Assembly: GCA_963664825.1 (NCBI GenBank)
Contig: OY761614.1
Span: forward strand, 1,664,001 to 1,728,000
Direction: 5' to 3'
Length of the DNA stretch: 64,000 nucleotides
Origin: an uncultured Holophaga sp.
Lineage (GTDB): Bacteria; Acidobacteriota; Holophagae; Holophagales; Holophagaceae
Below the pieces are notes generated by a model. It was not told where the DNA came from. It ran no database searches and was given only the letters and a program-made list of their open reading frames with translations. The position numbers and the translations under genes were made by a program. This document shows positions 26,998-37,378 of the stretch, in pieces (positions within the stretch are counted from its first letter, which is position 1; the number at the start of each line of letters is the position of its first letter).

Positions 26998-28908
26998 ATG
27001 CAATGCGCCCCATTCGATCGAAGCAAGCTGACGCTGGCCCTGCTCATGGCCCCCGTCGCCATTGTCTCCCCCGCGCTGCGCGCGCAAGCGCCGGACGAGG
27101 ATTCCTATCTGGGAGAAAGCCCCGAGCGCTACGCCCAGGTGAAGGTGCTAGAGGGTGATGTGCGCATTCACAAGGGCGAGGGAGAAGAGGCTCTCAGCCG
27201 GGGGATCCCTGTGGCTGAGGGGGATGTGGTGGAAAGCCGCGGACGTGGTGTCCTGCAACTGGGCGACGGGAGCCGCATCGCCTTTGGGAGTTCGACCCGC
27301 TTCCAGGTCGCCGCGCTCTTCACCGATCAGAAGGGAGCGCGCCAGGTGCTCCTGCGCCTGGACTACGGACGCCTGCGCGTCATGGTGGGTTCCCAGAGCG
27401 AAGCCCGCATCCGCATCGACACGCCCTCCGGCACGGCCACCCTGGCCGACAAGTCCAGCGCCAGCTGTGAGGTCGAACAGGATCGCACCGTGCGCGTGCG
27501 GGTCCATAGCGGCAGGGCCACCTTCGCCAACGATGCCGATCACAGCACCCTTTCCGCAGGGGAGCGGCTCACGGTCTACAGCAGGCAGGACCGCCTGGAC
27601 CGGGTGCGCAGCTTCAACACCTACGACGCCGATGCCTTCGACGGGTGGTGCGACGACCATCTGGCCATCCGCCGCGGGGCCAGTTGGGACAAGGTGCCCC
27701 AAGAGATCCGCTACTACGCCGATGACCTGGATAAAAACGGGGAATGGATCTACGTGGACGAAACCAGCAGTTGGTGCTGGCGGCCCACGGGGGTGAGCGT
27801 GGAATGGCGCCCTTACTGGAACGGCCACTGGGGCGCCTATGCCGGGGGCATGACCTGGGTCAGCGACGATCCCTGGGGCTATGTCACCCACCACCATGGC
27901 CGCTGGGGTTGGGGCGCGAGCTTCGGGTGGTACTGGGTGCCCGGCGTCTACTACAGCCCGGCCTGGGTGGCCTGGAATTCGAGTGATAGCTACTTCGGTT
28001 GGGCCCCCTTGGGCTACTGGAACGCTCCCTGTCACTGGGGCTATGGCGCCTGGGGCGGCGGATATTGCTGGAATGTCGTGGATGTGGGCTACATCGGGCG
28101 TCGCGACCTTCACTACCGCATCCACTCCGATGTGAACATCCTCCGCAATTTCAACCGTGTCCCGGGCGGGCGCTCCCTCACGCCTCCCTGGCAGCGGGGT
28201 CCCCTCATGGTCACCCGCAATGAATTCGCCAACCCCGGGCAGTTCCAGCACGCGGTGACCCAGCGTCCCCTGCTCCGGGAGCGGATGCAGACCTATGATC
28301 GCCAGGCCCAGGCTGCCACGGGCCGCACCATCCTGCGTCGGGATCCCGGGACCCCTGGGCCCGCCAATCGTGGGGTTCAAAACCCTGGTAGCCGCGATCT
28401 CCGCCCAACGCCCTTCGAGGACCGCACCCGCCCTGTTCCCGGGCGCCCCGTCATCCGGGACAATCGCCCCGGTCCGTCTGCGCCCCGTCAATCCCAGCCC
28501 GATCCGCGGCCCGCGGCCCCGGGACGCGTCACCTCCCCGGGTCGGCCCACCACCCCTCGGGACGTGCCCGTCCGGGGTCAGGAAGACCGGGGGCGCGTCC
28601 CAGAGCGCCCGACGGTCCGGGACACTCCCCGGGAGCGAATGGAACCCTCTCGCCAGGAAACGCCTCGGGAACGAACGGCCCCCGCGTCTCGAGAGGTGCC
28701 TCGAGAGCGGATGCAGGAACAGCGCTTTCGCGAGGTGGAGCGCCCCACGGTCCGGGAGACTCCTCGGGAGCGCACCGAGCCCTCCCGACAGGAGGGTCCC
28801 CGGGAAACGCCTCGCTCCGAACCCTCCCGGCAGGAGCGTCCCTCCAGTCCCAGCGCCTCCCAGTCGGCCCCGGAACGCCCCTCCGCCGATCGCTCCAGGT
28901 CGCGCTAA
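26998..28908 (+). CDS. Exported FecR-like + DUF6600-like (Trp/Tyr/Gly-rich) protein with Pro/Arg low-complexity tail
   Basis: Signal peptide, FecR-like beta region, DLDKNGEW..WRPY..GHW..PWG...HHGRW..WVP...SPAWV. Confidence 0.8.
   Translation: MQCAPFDRSKLTLALLMAPVAIVSPALRAQAPDEDSYLGESPERYAQVKVLEGDVRIHKGEGEEALSRGIPVAEGDVVESRGRGVLQLGDGSRIAFGSSTRFQVAALFTDQKGARQVLLRLDYGRLRVMVGSQSEARIRIDTPSGTATLADKSSASCEVEQDRTVRVRVHSGRATFANDADHSTLSAGERLTVYSRQDRLDRVRSFNTYDADAFDGWCDDHLAIRRGASWDKVPQEIRYYADDLDKNGEWIYVDETSSWCWRPTGVSVEWRPYWNGHWGAYAGGMTWVSDDPWGYVTHHHGRWGWGASFGWYWVPGVYYSPAWVAWNSSDSYFGWAPLGYWNAPCHWGYGAWGGGYCWNVVDVGYIGRRDLHYRIHSDVNILRNFNRVPGGRSLTPPWQRGPLMVTRNEFANPGQFQHAVTQRPLLRERMQTYDRQAQAATGRTILRRDPGTPGPANRGVQNPGSRDLRPTPFEDRTRPVPGRPVIRDNRPGPSAPRQSQPDPRPAAPGRVTSPGRPTTPRDVPVRGQEDRGRVPERPTVRDTPRERMEPSRQETPRERTAPASREVPRERMQEQRFREVERPTVRETPRERTEPSRQEGPRETPRSEPSRQERPSSPSASQSAPERPSADRSRSR
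28603..28840 (+). repeat. Degenerate coding repeats (ERPTVR.TPRER.EPSRQE)
   Basis: Near-copies start at 28603 and 28738, with partial units around them. Confidence 0.7.
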
Positions 28909-28925
28909 GCCTCGAAATCCTAAAT

Positions 28926-28955
28926 GAAGAAGGGCCCCAACTGGGGCCCTTCTTC
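28926..28955. terminator. Hairpin terminator between convergent genes
   Basis: GAAGAAGGGCCCCA-AC-TGGGGCCCTTCTTC perfect inverted repeat. Confidence 0.8.
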
Positions 28956-28972
28956 TGTTTCGGAACTTCTCT

Positions 28973-30727
28973 TCAGAAATGTTCGATGGGGTAGGCACCC
29001 TTCTCGATGAGCTGGGCCGCCACGCGATCCCGTCGCTTGGCGCCAGCCACGGGCACGAAGCTATCGAAGGCGCGCAGATCGGCCAGGGCTTTGTCCAGGG
29101 CCTCGCCTTCCAGCACTTCGGCCACCAGCAGTCGGGCGTGGTTCATGACCTTGCCGAAGCTCTCGTTCACATGGATCTCGGCGCAATCCCTGGCCAGTTC
29201 GGCCCAGCGATGCCCGGCCGTCGTCATCTTGGCGGCGCGCACCACGGCTGATTCCATGGTGTAGACCTCGCTGACCATATCGGCCACCCGGGCGGCGGCC
29301 TCCTGGTTTTCGATGAGCTTCTGGCCCGTGATCTCCAGACAGGCCGCCGTGGCGTAATGAGCCTGGCGCTTGGCCAATTCCACGGCTCGCTCGGCCTGGG
29401 CCAGGGGCCCCGTCCCCAGCTGGGGCAGATCGGCCGTGTCCTTGCGCAGGGGGAGGATGCCGTTGCTGGATTTCTTGAAGACCTGGCCCGCGATGATCAT
29501 GCGGTTGATCTCGTTGGTACCTTCGAAGAGGCGGTTGATGCGGTTATCGCGGTAGATCTTCTCGGGCGGGTATTCCGCGGAGAAACCGTAGCCGCCGAAG
29601 CACTGGACGGCATCGTCGGCGATGAGGCCCAGGGCTTCCGAATCCCAGACCTTCATGATGGAGGCTTCCATCTGGAACTCGTCCATGATCTCCATCTTCC
29701 GCTTGGCGGCATCCGGCAGATCCCAGCTGGCGGCATGCATGCCCTCGTTGATGTAGCCGATGGTGCGGAAGTTCATGCTTTCGGCCACGAAGATGCGGGT
29801 GGCCATATCGGCCAAGTATCTGCGGATGAGGCCGAAATTGTTGATGGTCTTATTGAACTGCATCCGCTCGCCGGTGTATTTCAGAGTGTACTTGAGCACC
29901 TCCTTGGCGATCCCGTTGCAGCCCGCTCCCAGCTTGAAGCGCCCGATGGCGAGAATGCCGAAGGCGATGCGATGGCCCTTGCCGATCTCGCCCAGCAGGC
30001 GGTCCTTGGGGATGCGGCAGTTGTCGAAGCTGAGGGCGCGGGTGGAGGAACCCTTGATGCCCAGCTTGTGTTCCTCGGCGGCGATATGGAAACCGGGGTC
30101 CGTCTTTTCCACGATGAAGGCGCTGAACCTGCGGCCATCCACCTTGGCGAATACCACGAAGACATCGGCGAAACCCGCGTTGGTGATCCACATCTTCGAA
30201 CCGTTGAGGACCCACTGATCTCCATCCAGCGTGGCCACGGTCTTGGAGTTCATGGCATCAGAACCCGCGCCGGGCTCCGTGAGGGCGTAAGCCGCCGCCC
30301 ACTCGCCGCTGCCGAGCTTGGGGAGATACTTAGCCTTCTGCTGCTCGTTTCCGAAGTAGACGATGGGCAGCGTGCCGATGCCCGTGTGGGCGCCATAGGT
30401 GACCGAGAAGCTGGCCTGACGGCCCAGTTCCTCGAGCACCATCAGGCCGGAGATCTTATCGACATCCATGCCATCGTAGGCCTCGGGGATCTCCAGGCTC
30501 AGGAGGCCCAGTTCCCCAGCCTTGCATAGCAGTTCCCTGGTGAGGTCCAGGTCCAGCTTGTCGATCTCGGCGTCCCGCGGAATGATCTCCCCTTCCACGA
30601 ACTCCCGGGCGGCCTGGCCAATGGCCCGGGCGTCCTCGCTGAGTTCTTCGGGCGTAAACTGGAACTGGCTACCGATGGGAGTCAGCAGAAAGCTGCCCCC
30701 AAAGATCGTCTCGTGCGTTGTTTCCAT
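28973..30727 (-). CDS. Acyl-CoA dehydrogenase (FadE-like)
   Basis: YALTEPGAGSDA, GSKMWITN, KLGIKGSST, GGYGF..EYP.E..YRD.RINR. ATG at 30727 has GGAGG. Confidence 0.94.
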   Translation of the reverse strand: METTHETIFGGSFLLTPIGSQFQFTPEELSEDARAIGQAAREFVEGEIIPRDAEIDKLDLDLTRELLCKAGELGLLSLEIPEAYDGMDVDKISGLMVLEELGRQASFSVTYGAHTGIGTLPIVYFGNEQQKAKYLPKLGSGEWAAAYALTEPGAGSDAMNSKTVATLDGDQWVLNGSKMWITNAGFADVFVVFAKVDGRRFSAFIVEKTDPGFHIAAEEHKLGIKGSSTRALSFDNCRIPKDRLLGEIGKGHRIAFGILAIGRFKLGAGCNGIAKEVLKYTLKYTGERMQFNKTINNFGLIRRYLADMATRIFVAESMNFRTIGYINEGMHAASWDLPDAAKRKMEIMDEFQMEASIMKVWDSEALGLIADDAVQCFGGYGFSAEYPPEKIYRDNRINRLFEGTNEINRMIIAGQVFKKSSNGILPLRKDTADLPQLGTGPLAQAERAVELAKRQAHYATAACLEITGQKLIENQEAAARVADMVSEVYTMESAVVRAAKMTTAGHRWAELARDCAEIHVNESFGKVMNHARLLVAEVLEGEALDKALADLRAFDSFVPVAGAKRRDRVAAQLIEKGAYPIEHF

Positions 30728-30842
30728 GGAACCTCCAACAGGGTACAGATTCGCGCCAAAGGATCCATTGTACCTGAGGCCCATGGCATCTTCGCACGGC
30801 GGTTTTTCCCCATGTCGAAGAACATGCATCAACGAGGTCGCG

Positions 30843-31541
30843 ATGCCCGAAGGAACCAAGGTCCAGTCGATGTTCAGCGCCATCGCGCCCCGCTACGATC
30901 TGCTCAACCACCTATTGAGTCTGGGACTGGATTCCTACTGGTGGCGGCGCATGGCGAAGGTCTCCGGCGCGGCGCCCGGGATGCGCATGCTGGATGTCGC
31001 GGCGGGTACAGGGGATTCCAGCCTGGCCCTGGCACGGCGCGGTGCCGAGGTCCTCAGCACGGATTTCACCCAGGGCATGCTGGCCCTGGGACCCGCCAAG
31101 TTTCAGCGCCAGGGCATGGACCTCCTCGTCTGGGCGAGCGTGGTGGCGGATGCTCAACGCCTGCCCTTTGCCAGCGAATGCTTCGATGGCCTCACGATCT
31201 GCTACGGCATCCGCAATGTGGAGCACCGCCCCTTGGCCTTCGCGGAGTTCCTGCGCGTCCTAAAACCCGGCGGCCGGCTCACGATCCTGGAGTTCAGCCG
31301 TCCCCGCTGGGCCTGGCTGAGGGCCCTCTACGATCTTTACAGCCTGAAGGCCCTGCCGAGGATCGGAGGTTGGATCAGCGGAGACGCGAGGGCCTATCGC
31401 TACCTGCCCGAGAGCATCCGCGCCTTTCCCGACCAGGAGTCCCTGGCGATGGAACTGAAAAGTGCCGGCTTTTCCAAGGTCCTGTGGAGGGATCTCACGG
31501 GGGGCATCGTGGCACTGCACGTGGGGGAAAAGGGCGCTTGA
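30843..31541 (+). CDS. ubiE: Demethylmenaquinone/ubiquinone C-methyltransferase (UbiE/MenG)
   Basis: MFSAIAPRYDLLNHLLSLG, LDVAAGTGD, YGIRNV, AYRYLPESI. Confidence 0.92.
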   Translation: MPEGTKVQSMFSAIAPRYDLLNHLLSLGLDSYWWRRMAKVSGAAPGMRMLDVAAGTGDSSLALARRGAEVLSTDFTQGMLALGPAKFQRQGMDLLVWASVVADAQRLPFASECFDGLTICYGIRNVEHRPLAFAEFLRVLKPGGRLTILEFSRPRWAWLRALYDLYSLKALPRIGGWISGDARAYRYLPESIRAFPDQESLAMELKSAGFSKVLWRDLTGGIVALHVGEKGA

Positions 31542-31628
31542 AGAGGCCGAATCCCCCGGATGGTCTACAATGAAGGATATTCACTCAGGCGTTCGTCTGC
31601 TCGCCTCTGCGCATCTTGAGGTGCCGCT

Positions 31629-31835
31629 ATGTCTAAGCCCGATCCCTCCATCACCGCCAACCTCCTGGGCAGCCTCACGGGCAAACCGGGGTCGGAAGGC
31701 CTGGGGGGCAATGCCCAGCCCGGCCTGCCCGGCCACGCCGAGCGCCATCCCGCTCCCTCTGCCCACAAGACCACCCGGCCCGCCCCTTCCAAACAGGCGA
31801 TGGGCCGTACGCGCACCAGCAATAGGGGCAAATAG
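31629..31835 (+). CDS. Small basic hypothetical protein (68 aa)
   Basis: GAGGT RBS, host-like codon usage, fills the intergenic gap. No recognisable motif. Confidence 0.5.
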   Translation: MSKPDPSITANLLGSLTGKPGSEGLGGNAQPGLPGHAERHPAPSAHKTTRPAPSKQAMGRTRTSNRGK

Positions 31836-31952
31836 GCCTTCCGCTCGCACGGTGGGGTCGAAGGGAATTGACAGACTGTAGGCTGTGACATTCTCCTGAT
31901 GGCGACTTGCCTACCATGGACTCTGGCGGCGGTGGCGGCCTGGGAGTGATCC

Positions 31953-32597
31953 ATGCTTGGTTTTTTCAGCACCATGATGTTCGCCTTCCTGGCGCTCTTC
32001 CCCATCCTCAATCCGCCGGCCATGGCGCCTGTCTTCCTGCAGCTCACGGCGGGCGTGAAGGAATCCCAGCGCAATCACTTGGCGGCGCTGATCGGCTTCT
32101 ATACCTTCGTCTTCCTCACCTCCCTCTTGCTGGTGGGGGGCTGGCTGCTCAAGCTCCTGGGCATCTCCATCCCCGTCATCGCCATCGCGGGCGGGCTGCT
32201 GCTCTTCCACAGCGCCTGGCACATGCTCAACAAGGATCCGAAGATGAGCGAGTCGGAGAAGGCGGAGCTGCAGACCTACATGCTCGACAAGGCCTTCTTT
32301 CCCCTCACCCTGCCGGTGACGGCCGGTCCAGGCGCCATGGCCGTCACGCTGAGTCTCGTGCCCAGCGGCCGTGTCTTCGACCCTCACACGCTTGTCCACT
32401 TCCTGGCCATCACCTGCGGCATCGCCATGGCCGCCACCACGGTCTTCATCTTCTACCGCTACTCCGCCAAGGTGCTCCGCCGCCTTGGGAACACAGGCGC
32501 CGCCACCATCAGCCAGGTATCAGCCTTCATCCTGCTGGCCATCGGCGTGCAGATCGTGTGGGGAGGACTACGGGAACTGATCCTCACCCTGAAGTAG
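31953..32597 (+). CDS. MarC family membrane protein
   Basis: LFPILNP, IAGGLLL, FPLTLP..AGPG, ILLAIGVQ. Confidence 0.92.
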   Translation: MLGFFSTMMFAFLALFPILNPPAMAPVFLQLTAGVKESQRNHLAALIGFYTFVFLTSLLLVGGWLLKLLGISIPVIAIAGGLLLFHSAWHMLNKDPKMSESEKAELQTYMLDKAFFPLTLPVTAGPGAMAVTLSLVPSGRVFDPHTLVHFLAITCGIAMAATTVFIFYRYSAKVLRRLGNTGAATISQVSAFILLAIGVQIVWGGLRELILTLK

Positions 32598-32708
32598 ACC
32601 GGGGAACTCAGCTCCAGAGCCTGGCAGCGGTACTTAAATTCACCCTGCGCCCTGTTGGGGATGATAATCGTCCCACCAGGGCTCCCGGGCCTTGGAGGGA
32701 GGGGTCAC

Positions 32709-34310
32709 ATGCGCGTCAACCAACCCGTCACAAAAGTGGAGAAACAGGTCCAGGAGGGCGCCTTCCTGGTCTCCATGACGGATCCCCGGGGCATCATCAC
32801 CTACGCCAACGACGAGTTCGTGCGCCTCAGCGGTTTCACCCGGGATGAGCTGATCGGCCAGCCCCACAATATCGTGCGGCACCCGGACATGCCTCCGGCC
32901 GCCTTCGCCGATCTCTGGGCTACGGTCAAGAGCGGCAAACCCTGGCACGGCTACGTGAAGAACCGCAGCAAGGATGGCGCCTTCTATTGGGTGGATGCCA
33001 ATGTGACCCCGGTGGTGGAACAGGGCCAGACCACGGCCTTCGTTTCCATCCGCAGCAAGCCCAGCCGAACCCAGATTCGGGAGGCCGAAAGGGTCTATGC
33101 CCTGATGAATCAGGGCAAGAGTTTTGCGGAGACCCAGCGGAAGACCTGGATTCCCTTTCCGCACATGACCTTTGCGAATCGCCTCCGCCTGGCTTTCGGT
33201 CTCGTCATCGGGATTTTCATCGCAGTGCTTGGGCTCGAGGCCCTGTCTCTGGGATCCCTGCAGAACCTTTCGGGTCGGGGCCTCTGGGTTCCGATGTTGG
33301 GCGGAGGGGGCGGAATCGCCGCGGCCGTCGTCGTCTCCATGTTCATGGTGCGCGTGGTTCAGGCCCAGATCGGAGGCGATCCCGAGTACGCCATTCGCGT
33401 CACCCGGGCCATTTCAGAGGGAGACCTGCGGGTGGAGATCGACACCCAGCCCGGTGATTCCACGAGTCTCCTGGCCACCCTGCGAGGCATGCAATCCCGG
33501 TTGAAGGGCATGATCAACCGCATTCGCTTCGATTCCATGCGCGTCACGGAGAATGCCACGACCTTCGCGTCCGCCAACCACGAGATCTCCTCCACCAGCC
33601 AGGAATTGGCCCGAAATGCCGAGGAACAGCGCGGCTCCGTGGAGCGGATGGCCTCGGCCATGACTGAATTGACCGCCTCCATCGAGGAGGTCTCCAACAA
33701 TGTGAAGGCCAGTCAGCGGCAGGCCGAATCCGCCGTGGAAGCCACCCAGGTGGGCGATCGCTCCGGGGAGGCCGCCATCCTGGCCATGGCCCAAGTGGAG
33801 CAGTCCACCGCCAAGGTCGTCCAGGCTGTGCGGGTGATCCAGGACATCGCCCGACAGACCAATCTGCTCTCCCTCAATGCCGCCATCGAGGCCGCCAAGG
33901 CAGGCGCCATGGGCAAGGGTTTCGCCGTGGTGGCCGAGGAAGTGCGGAAGCTCGCCGAGCGCAGCGCCCAGTCCGCCCGGGAGATCGCCACCCTCATCGA
34001 GGGCAGCAACGAGGCCGTGGCCCTGGGCAAATCCACGGTCCAGGATGCCGTTCAGGCCCTGGCCGAAATTCGTGAGCACATTGGTCAGGTGACTTCCATG
34101 GCGTTGGAAATCAGTTCTTCCACGGAGGAACAGGCCCACGCCAGCGCCGAAGTGACCCAGCAGGTGGAGCTGAGCGCCCAGAAGGCCATCGAGAACGCCA
34201 GCGCCAGCGTGCAGCTCTCCACCACCGTGGAGAGCAACGCCAACACCTCCGATCAGCTCGCTCGGACGGCCGATGGCCTGGCTGCCCTGGTGGCCCGCTT
34301 CAGGACCTAG
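32709..34310 (+). CDS. Aer-like PAS-domain chemoreceptor
   Basis: N-terminal PAS ([22 protein letters not shown]), TM region, [14 protein letters not shown] signalling hairpin. Confidence 0.92.
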   Translation: MRVNQPVTKVEKQVQEGAFLVSMTDPRGIITYANDEFVRLSGFTRDELIGQPHNIVRHPDMPPAAFADLWATVKSGKPWHGYVKNRSKDGAFYWVDANVTPVVEQGQTTAFVSIRSKPSRTQIREAERVYALMNQGKSFAETQRKTWIPFPHMTFANRLRLAFGLVIGIFIAVLGLEALSLGSLQNLSGRGLWVPMLGGGGGIAAAVVVSMFMVRVVQAQIGGDPEYAIRVTRAISEGDLRVEIDTQPGDSTSLLATLRGMQSRLKGMINRIRFDSMRVTENATTFASANHEISSTSQELARNAEEQRGSVERMASAMTELTASIEEVSNNVKASQRQAESAVEATQVGDRSGEAAILAMAQVEQSTAKVVQAVRVIQDIARQTNLLSLNAAIEAAKAGAMGKGFAVVAEEVRKLAERSAQSAREIATLIEGSNEAVALGKSTVQDAVQALAEIREHIGQVTSMALEISSSTEEQAHASAEVTQQVELSAQKAIENASASVQLSTTVESNANTSDQLARTADGLAALVARFRT

Positions 34311-34514
34311 TGCACCCCGCCTGAATTACAGGTACAAGTTTTGTTGACGGCGGGGCGCACTTCCATGGGGGCAAGGCCCCCTCTGGCGCCCGCAAACGCA
34401 GTGCGTCTGCGGGCTGTCACCCCTCTGGGGGCACTGCCATGCCCCCAGACCCCTGCCACGTGGTGCCCAGGGTACGCTTTGTCTGTCTCATGTATTTCGG
34501 ACGGGCACCACTAG
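34307..34514. mobile_element. Putative MITE/REP-like structured element, 208 bp, CTAG-bounded
   Basis: Imperfect 24-bp terminal IRs (18/24 by hand), both starting CTAGTG, plus four internal hairpins. Confidence 0.62.
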
Positions 34515-36064
34515 TAGGCCGCTTCGCTCTTCCCGCTGAGCTTTAGCAGGCTCTGGCCCTCCACCTCCGCGGGTTGGGGGAGGCCCATCAGTTCCAGCAG
34601 CGTGGGCGCCACGTCGCAGAGGGCTCCCCCGGCGCGGAGCTGGCGGCCCTCGAAACCCTCCGCCACGATCACGGCGGGCACGGGGTTGGTGGTGTGGGCC
34701 GTGTGGGGGTTGCCCGCTTCATCCCGCATGCAGTCCGCGTTGCCGTGATCGGCGGTGACGAAGAGCGCGCCCTTGGCCGCCAGCACCGCATCTGCCACCT
34801 GGCGCACAGCGTCATCGACGATGCCGCAGGCCATCACAGCCGCGCTCAGGTCACCCGTGTGGCCCACCATGTCGCCATTGGCCAGGTTGCACACGATGAA
34901 GCGGTGCTCCCCGGCGCGAATGGCCTCCACCAGGCCCCGGGTCACTTCGTGGCAGCTCATCTCCGGCATCAGATCGTAGGTGGCGACCCTGGGGGAGGGC
35001 ACCATCAGGCGCTCCTCGCCCTCGAAAGGCTCCTCTCGTCCCCCGTTGAAGAAGAAGGTGACATGGGCGTACTTCTCGGTCTCCGCCGTGCGGAGTTGCT
35101 TCCAGCCCTGGCGCGCCACCAGTTCCCCCAGGATGTTCTCCAGGTTCTGGGGCGCGTAGGCCACGCTGACGAGGGAGTCCAGCTCCGTGTCGTACTGGGT
35201 GAAGGTGACGAGCTTCACCTGGGGGCGCTTGGCACGGGGGAAGCCGTCGAAGGAGGGGTCCACCAGGGCATGGCTGAATTCCCGGGCGCGATCGGCTCGG
35301 AAATTGAAAAAGATGATGCCATCCCCGTCCTGCATGGGCTGGAAATCCGCCGTGGCGGTGGGGCTCACGAATTCATCCGTCTCGCCCCTCGCATAGGCAG
35401 CCTGGATGCCCGCCCTGGCGTCCACCGCCTGGAATTCGGGCACGCCATCCACCAAGAGCTTCCAGGCGCGCACCACCCGCTCCCAGCGCTTATCGCGATC
35501 CATGACCACGTAGCGGCCGCAGAGGGAGCCGATCTTCACCAGGGGGCAGGGCTGGAGGTCTTCCGTGAGCTGTGCCAGGAAACCATCGGCGCTCTTCTGG
35601 GCCGTATCGCGACCATCGAGGAAGGCGTGGATCACCGTGGGAACGCCTTCGGCCTGGGCCCACTGGGCCAGGGCCACGAGATGGTTCTGGTGGCTGTGGA
35701 CGCCGCCTGGGCTCACGAGGCCCATGAGGTGAAGCCGCTTGCCCGAGGCCTTGAGTTCGGACATCAGCTGTCCCATGGCCGGATTCTGGCGGAAGGTGCC
35801 CTTCTTGATGGCCGCATCGATGCGGGTGAGCTCCTGCCATACCACCCGCCCCGCGCCCAGGTTCATGTGGCCCACTTCCGAATTGCCGAACTGCCCCTCC
35901 GGCAGCCCCACGAATTCGCCACCGGATTGCAGTTGCGTTGCCGCATAGCGGGCGCGCAGGCGGTTCAGGTGCAGCATGCCCGCTTGGAAGGGGGCATCGA
36001 AGGCATTGCGGGCGCCATCGGCCACGCCATCGAGAATGAGGAGCACCACTGGGCCTGGAATCAT
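34511..36064 (-). CDS. gpmI: 2,3-bisphosphoglycerate-independent phosphoglycerate mutase
   Basis: LILDG, GNSEVGH, GGVHSH, NFRADRA, ETEKYAHVTFF, DMVGHTG, TADHGN. Confidence 0.96.
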   Translation of the reverse strand: MIPGPVVLLILDGVADGARNAFDAPFQAGMLHLNRLRARYAATQLQSGGEFVGLPEGQFGNSEVGHMNLGAGRVVWQELTRIDAAIKKGTFRQNPAMGQLMSELKASGKRLHLMGLVSPGGVHSHQNHLVALAQWAQAEGVPTVIHAFLDGRDTAQKSADGFLAQLTEDLQPCPLVKIGSLCGRYVVMDRDKRWERVVRAWKLLVDGVPEFQAVDARAGIQAAYARGETDEFVSPTATADFQPMQDGDGIIFFNFRADRAREFSHALVDPSFDGFPRAKRPQVKLVTFTQYDTELDSLVSVAYAPQNLENILGELVARQGWKQLRTAETEKYAHVTFFFNGGREEPFEGEERLMVPSPRVATYDLMPEMSCHEVTRGLVEAIRAGEHRFIVCNLANGDMVGHTGDLSAAVMACGIVDDAVRQVADAVLAAKGALFVTADHGNADCMRDEAGNPHTAHTTNPVPAVIVAEGFEGRQLRAGGALCDVAPTLLELMGLPQPAEVEGQSLLKLSGKSEAAY

Positions 36065-36117
36065 GAACACACCTTTTAAGAACCGCAAGGGACGCGCCCT
36101 TGGAGCCTCCAAGAATA

Positions 36118-36660
36118 CTATCGAAGGCCAGGGGCCGGAGATTCCCCGTCCAATGCCACGGCGACGCCATGGACGGTGGCCGCGATACGGATGGCGTCAT
36201 GGATCTGGGCCTCCGTGAGGCCGCCTTGGATCAGGGCGCTCTCATGGGCGCGAACGCAGGTTTCGCAGGCGTTGACGGCGCTCACTGCCAGGCAGAAGAG
36301 CTCGAAGTCGAGCTTGGGGCCTTCGGGCTTGGCCACGCGGTTCATGCGGAGGCGCGGAGGAAGCTGGCCGTAGCCCTCCTTGCCGACGAGGTGCCGGAAG
36401 CGGTAGAAGATGTTGGTCATCCCCATGAGGGCGGCGGCCGCCAGGGCATCCTCGACCGTGGCCTGGCCGCATCGCGCCAATGCCTCGGCCTCGAGGGCTG
36501 CCCGGAGGGGGGCATTGCGGAAAGCGGCCGCCACAGCCAGGGCTGTGCCGTACTGCTGGGCGGGGTTCAGGGTGGATTCGCCGAGCACGGCCTGGAGATT
36601 GAGTTTGAGATCCTTCGCGTACGGGGGAAGGGACTCCCGCAGGGATTCCAATGTGTTCAT
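36118..36660 (-). CDS. ahpD: Alkylhydroperoxidase AhpD
   Basis: LP.YAKDLKLNL, AVSAVNACETCVRAH; directly downstream of ahpC. Confidence 0.93.
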   Translation of the reverse strand: MNTLESLRESLPPYAKDLKLNLQAVLGESTLNPAQQYGTALAVAAAFRNAPLRAALEAEALARCGQATVEDALAAAALMGMTNIFYRFRHLVGKEGYGQLPPRLRMNRVAKPEGPKLDFELFCLAVSAVNACETCVRAHESALIQGGLTEAQIHDAIRIAATVHGVAVALDGESPAPGLR

Positions 36661-36731
36661 GGGGGCTCCGTGATGATTGATGCCAAGGGCGGGAAGCAAC
36701 CCCAGGTCCTGGGGTTGCTTCCCGGGTGGGC

Positions 36732-37268
36732 TCAGACCTGCAAGGTGGCATCGCCCTTCTGCCAATTGCAGGGGCAGAGCTCATCGGTCTGGAGGGCGTC
36801 CAACACCCGCAGCACCTCGTCCACGCTGCGCCCCACGCTCAGATCGTTGACGCTGACATGGCGGATGATCCCTTCGGGATCCACGATGAAGGTGGCCCGC
36901 AGGGCCACGCCCTCGGTCTTGTGCAGCACGCCCAGGGCCTCGCTCAGCTCCCGCTTGTGATCGGCCAGCATGGGGAAGGGCAGCGCCTTGAGGTCCCCAT
37001 GGTTGTTTCGCCAGGCCAGGTGAACGAAATGGCTATCGGTGCTGGCACCCAATACTTGGGCATCCCGGTCCAGGAAATCGGCGTTGCGCTTGCCGAAGGC
37101 GGCGATCTCCGTGGGGCAGACGAAGGTGAAGTCCATGGGCCAGAGGAAGAGCACTTTCCACTTCCCGGCATAACTATCCTGGTTGATCACCTGGAATTCC
37201 TTGCCCTTCTCGAGGCTGGTCACGGCTTGAAGCTCAAAGGAGGGGAGGCGGTCTCCGACTGTCAGCAT
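36732..37268 (-). CDS. ahpC: Peroxiredoxin AhpC
   Basis: DFTFVCPTEI, DELCPCNW. Confidence 0.95.
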   Translation of the reverse strand: MLTVGDRLPSFELQAVTSLEKGKEFQVINQDSYAGKWKVLFLWPMDFTFVCPTEIAAFGKRNADFLDRDAQVLGASTDSHFVHLAWRNNHGDLKALPFPMLADHKRELSEALGVLHKTEGVALRATFIVDPEGIIRHVSVNDLSVGRSVDEVLRVLDALQTDELCPCNWQKGDATLQV

Positions 37269-37340
37269 GTCTACTCCTGTTTGTGGGGGCGCGTTCCTGC
37301 GCCGCTCCATCAGCATCGGTCCCAGGGGAATTCGAGTCTA

Positions 37341-37377
37341 AGATATCATTTCTATGATATTGATAGTTTGGTACGAT
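37341..37377. promoter_or_regulatory. OxyR operator
   Basis: AGAT-N7-CTAT-N7-ATAG-N7-CGAT matches the phasing of the ATAG-N7-CTAT-N7-ATAG-N7-CTAT consensus, between divergent ahpC and oxyR. Confidence 0.75.
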
Positions 37378-37378
37378 C

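Noticed and set aside
28603..28840. Repeats as a non-coding array
   Set aside because: They are in-frame, degenerate and lack spacers, so they are explained as a low-complexity protein tail.
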